The notes under the pieces are model-generated. The model ran no database searches. It had not been told where the DNA came from and saw nothing but the letters and a program-made list of their open reading frames with translations. Below, in pieces: positions 60,869 to 64,000 of a DNA stretch of 64,000 bases; position 1 is the first letter of the stretch, and every line of letters starts with the position of its first letter. The position numbers and the translations under genes are program-made. Source of the DNA: Pseudogymnoascus verrucosus (taxonomy: Eukaryota); assembly GCA_001662655.1 (NCBI GenBank), contig KV460253.1; one strand, written 5' to 3'.

Positions 60869-62349
60869 TTACGACCTATCCTTCCATCCCCCCTCCGCCT
60901 CAAACACCTCTCCAATCGCCTTCCCAGCACGCAAAACATGCAAATCCGTGCATCTACCACCTACAACCGTCAAGCCAACCGGCAACCCCTTCTCGCCCAC
61001 AAAGCCCGGTACATTCAGTGCCGGCGCGTGTAGCACAGTCCACATGGCACAGAAAGACTATTTTTAGTCGTCGTCAGCGGTGAACTAAAGCCGAAATCAC
61101 TCCACAACCACGCCATGGTTCAAAAAAGGGGGGTTCAAGAAAACATGTGGGAAAGGGAACTCACCGCATCCCCCGTATACCCCAACCCCTCCGGCGCCTC
61201 ACCAGGTACACTCGGCGTAATCACCACATCAAACTCCCCCGCAAGCCCATCCCACACCGGCCTAAGCGCTGCACACCCATCATACGCAGCCATCAACCCC
61301 GCCCTCGAGACCCCCTTCACATTCTCAACTTGCCCTTGAATCACAGAGTCCAACTTCTCCTTATCCTGCAGGTAGTAGCCAAGGAACGACGACCGCCCCT
61401 CTCCAGCATGAATAGTGCGCGCCCATTCGCCCACTTCCGCAAATGCGGCGGGGAGATCGAGGTCTACCACCTCTGCGCCACGGGCACGTAACAGCTCCTT
61501 GGCCTCTGTAAAGGCATCGATCGTGCCTTTTTCGGCTTTCTCCCACACCGGGGTCTTGCAGAATGCAATTCTCGCCCCCTTTAACTCTAGTGGTGTCTCT
61601 AGCACCGGCTCAAGATCTTCAATCCTATACGCCGTAGCCAGCAGTTGCAGATCCGCGACGTTCCGCGCAAAGAACCCAATCGTGTCGCAAGTTGGTGAGA
61701 CCGAGCTTACTCCGGCAAGACTCACGGCGCCCCAGGTAGGTTTATATCCATAAACCCCGTTAAACGCCGCTGGGCGAACAATACTCCCTCCTGTCTGTGT
61801 GCCGATGGCGAGGGGGACATGGAACGCTGCCACGGCAGCGGCAGAACCTGAAGAGGAGCCGCCGGGAGTGTGAGCTTGGTTATGCGGGTTTGTGGTGGGT
61901 GGACCGCGGGTAGAGATGGCGAATTCAGTGGTTGTAGTTTTGCCCAAGGGAAGGGCCCCATGGTTGGAGAGAACAACGAGACAGGGGGCGTCTTGTGTGT
62001 TGGGGGGAGATGGAAACAGTGGGGAAGAGTGGGAGGTTGGCATATCTGCCGAGTTAGCAAGTGGATTCTAGAAGGGGAGGAGGGGGAGAGAACCCTTGGT
62101 GTGGATAATATCTTTGACGCCAAAAGGGAGGCCGAAAAGGGGCCCGCGCTTGGAGGATGGAAGCTGATCAAGGCGGCGGGCTTGGGTGAGGACGAGGTCA
62201 GGGTTGAGATGGGCCCAAGCTTTGATTGTAGGCTCATTGCTGCGAATATGGGTGAGAAGGGCAGTGGCATAGGCTTCGACGGTGAGAGCTCCGGTTTGGA
62301 GGAGATGGAGGGCGTCGGTTGCGCTGAGAAGGTGGGGTTGCTCTGCCAT
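60869..62349 (-). CDS. Amidase signature family enzyme
   Basis: Motifs GLPFGVKDII, GKTTTTEF, TPGGSSSGSAAAVA, GTQTGGSIVRPAAFNG, MWTVLHAP and GLPVGL. Two introns. Confidence 0.92.
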
Positions 62350-64000
62350 TTCTGCGGTTATGGGGTGGATAGGAGGGACTTTGTAGCTCGCAGCTGGCAA
62401 TGCTTAATAGTTTGAGATTGAGGAGAATAATATTTATGATTGCTTATATATATTTTTTAATACAACAGACGAGAAAGCGAATAACCGGCATCTTGCTGGA
62501 GCCTGTTTGTCACAGATCCGACGTCGGTGCAGTCACGGGTGTTCTAAGTGATCAGCACTTGCATCTGTGCGAAGTATCACAAAGTCGCAACTCAACCATC
62601 GCAGCTTCCCATTTCGACTTCCATATATGAGACAGACCGACTAGAGTTTATTCTATAACCGACACCAGCAAGACTTATATTCTCAAGCACCATAGGTGCT
62701 TCTTATCACGTGCCGTCCCTTTGTCCAGTCGTCTCCAATCAATCTCCAAATCCCCAACTTCTTATCCCATGCCCCTCACCTCACTATCTTGGCCCCGCTC
62801 GGCCCCACGACTCCGCTTTCCATCTCCAAATTTCTTCCCCCCAGGATTTCTATACCGCCTAGATCTGCACCCAAAACGGAAAGTCCAACACTACCGGCGT
62901 CTTCCACCAATTACTTCAAGCCGCCCTTTCAATTACAACATGCCCAGCCTGTGCTAAGACTATCACTGTGCCGTTATATCCATCATCCCATCAACGCTCT
63001 CAGCCCCCTCATCCACTCCCCTCCTCCACCCCCTCCTCCACCCCCTCACCCACAATATGCTACTGTAGTCTAGTAGTATGTAAGTCTATCACTCAGTGCC
63101 ACTTATTCACACCAATAGCTAATCACAGTAGCCTCGGGATGCCATTCCCGAACAAAGACCACGAATGACACCCCCCAGACTCAACGTACAACATGCAGGC
63201 AATCCTGCGGCTTGCTGCAATGCTCTACTTGCAGCTATTCTTGCTTATCCAGCAAAAAACGAATAGCATCACAGCCCGGATTATACCTTTACGAGTTACG
63301 TTTACGGAGAAATAGAATCATCGGCCGTAAAATCAATCATAGGCTTCACAGGTCAAAATCGGCAATAGCGGCCCAAGATCAGTTACCCGAACGGCTTGCT
63401 GTGGCTTTCATTCCGTCCTTCGGGCCACTAACTCGCCACTAAGTTGGCCTGGGCTCGTATAGTAATCACCATTTCTGCCCACTTTTTTTTATCAATTCCC
63501 GCGCTAAAGCCGGCATAAAACTAACTAAAAGCTTCTGGATCTAAAATGTAAAAAGAGTCACTCGCATCCAGTTTTTCTGCTTGGACCCAATTACTCATAC
63601 AAGTCTCTGGTTGCGCTTTGGAATTAGCATTCTTACTTATATCATAGCTTAATTGACATGCTTCAGATGCACTTGATATACAGGAATACCATATATACCA
63701 TTTATTAGAGTTTTGTAAGTTTCCAATCCTACATATAGACAGAGGTGATGGTGGGGTTGTCTTAGACACCCGATGCGGTGATCCAAAGCTGACTTACAGC
63801 AGATACAGATATCCGGAATATTACACAGAGCCAAGAATGCACGACATCTCCCAAGGTGCTCCGGGGGATCGCAAAGCCATAGATAAAGAGAAGGGCGAGA
63901 CACTCTCCATCCACAGCAGCGACACCTCGCCCGATAACGAATCGTCGTCGTTAGGGAAACAAGATGGCGAGGAATACACAGGCTCTGCCCCTATATCTAA

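Noticed and set aside
62400..64000. Short ORFs at the window end
   Set aside because: No recognisable domain or coherent exon chain. No tRNA or rRNA was recognised here or elsewhere in the window.

Overview
Gene-dense window from a filamentous ascomycete. The genes have short GT-AG introns with CTAAC branch sites, and there are RIP-like AT-rich relics. An ice-binding-family gene hints at a cold-adapted species, but taxonomy cannot be fixed from the sequence alone. About 21 intact-looking genes and 3 pseudogenes are supported. They include an SRPK-like kinase, a CAP59/GT69 mannosyltransferase, two tandem Mid2-like membrane proteins, a full-size ABCG transporter, a Zn2Cys6 factor, GH1, a Dal5-like MFS, several oxidoreductases, S28 and Ulp1-like peptidases and an amidase. 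Two loci stand out. (1) An accessory island (~18-26.4 kb) where ~400-bp direct repeats bracket a solo LTR, a broken zinc-finger gene and a secreted DUF3494 ice-binding domain on a Ser/Thr stalk with a GPI-type tail, i.e. a candidate cell-wall-tethered ice adhesin. (2) A head-to-head pair of an M20 ureido-amidohydrolase and a diaminopropionate ammonia-lyase whose shared promoter is mostly a ~114-bp tandem array, i.e. a candidate fungal albizziin (ureido-alanine) catabolic module. All family calls come from recognising motifs by eye, not from database searches.
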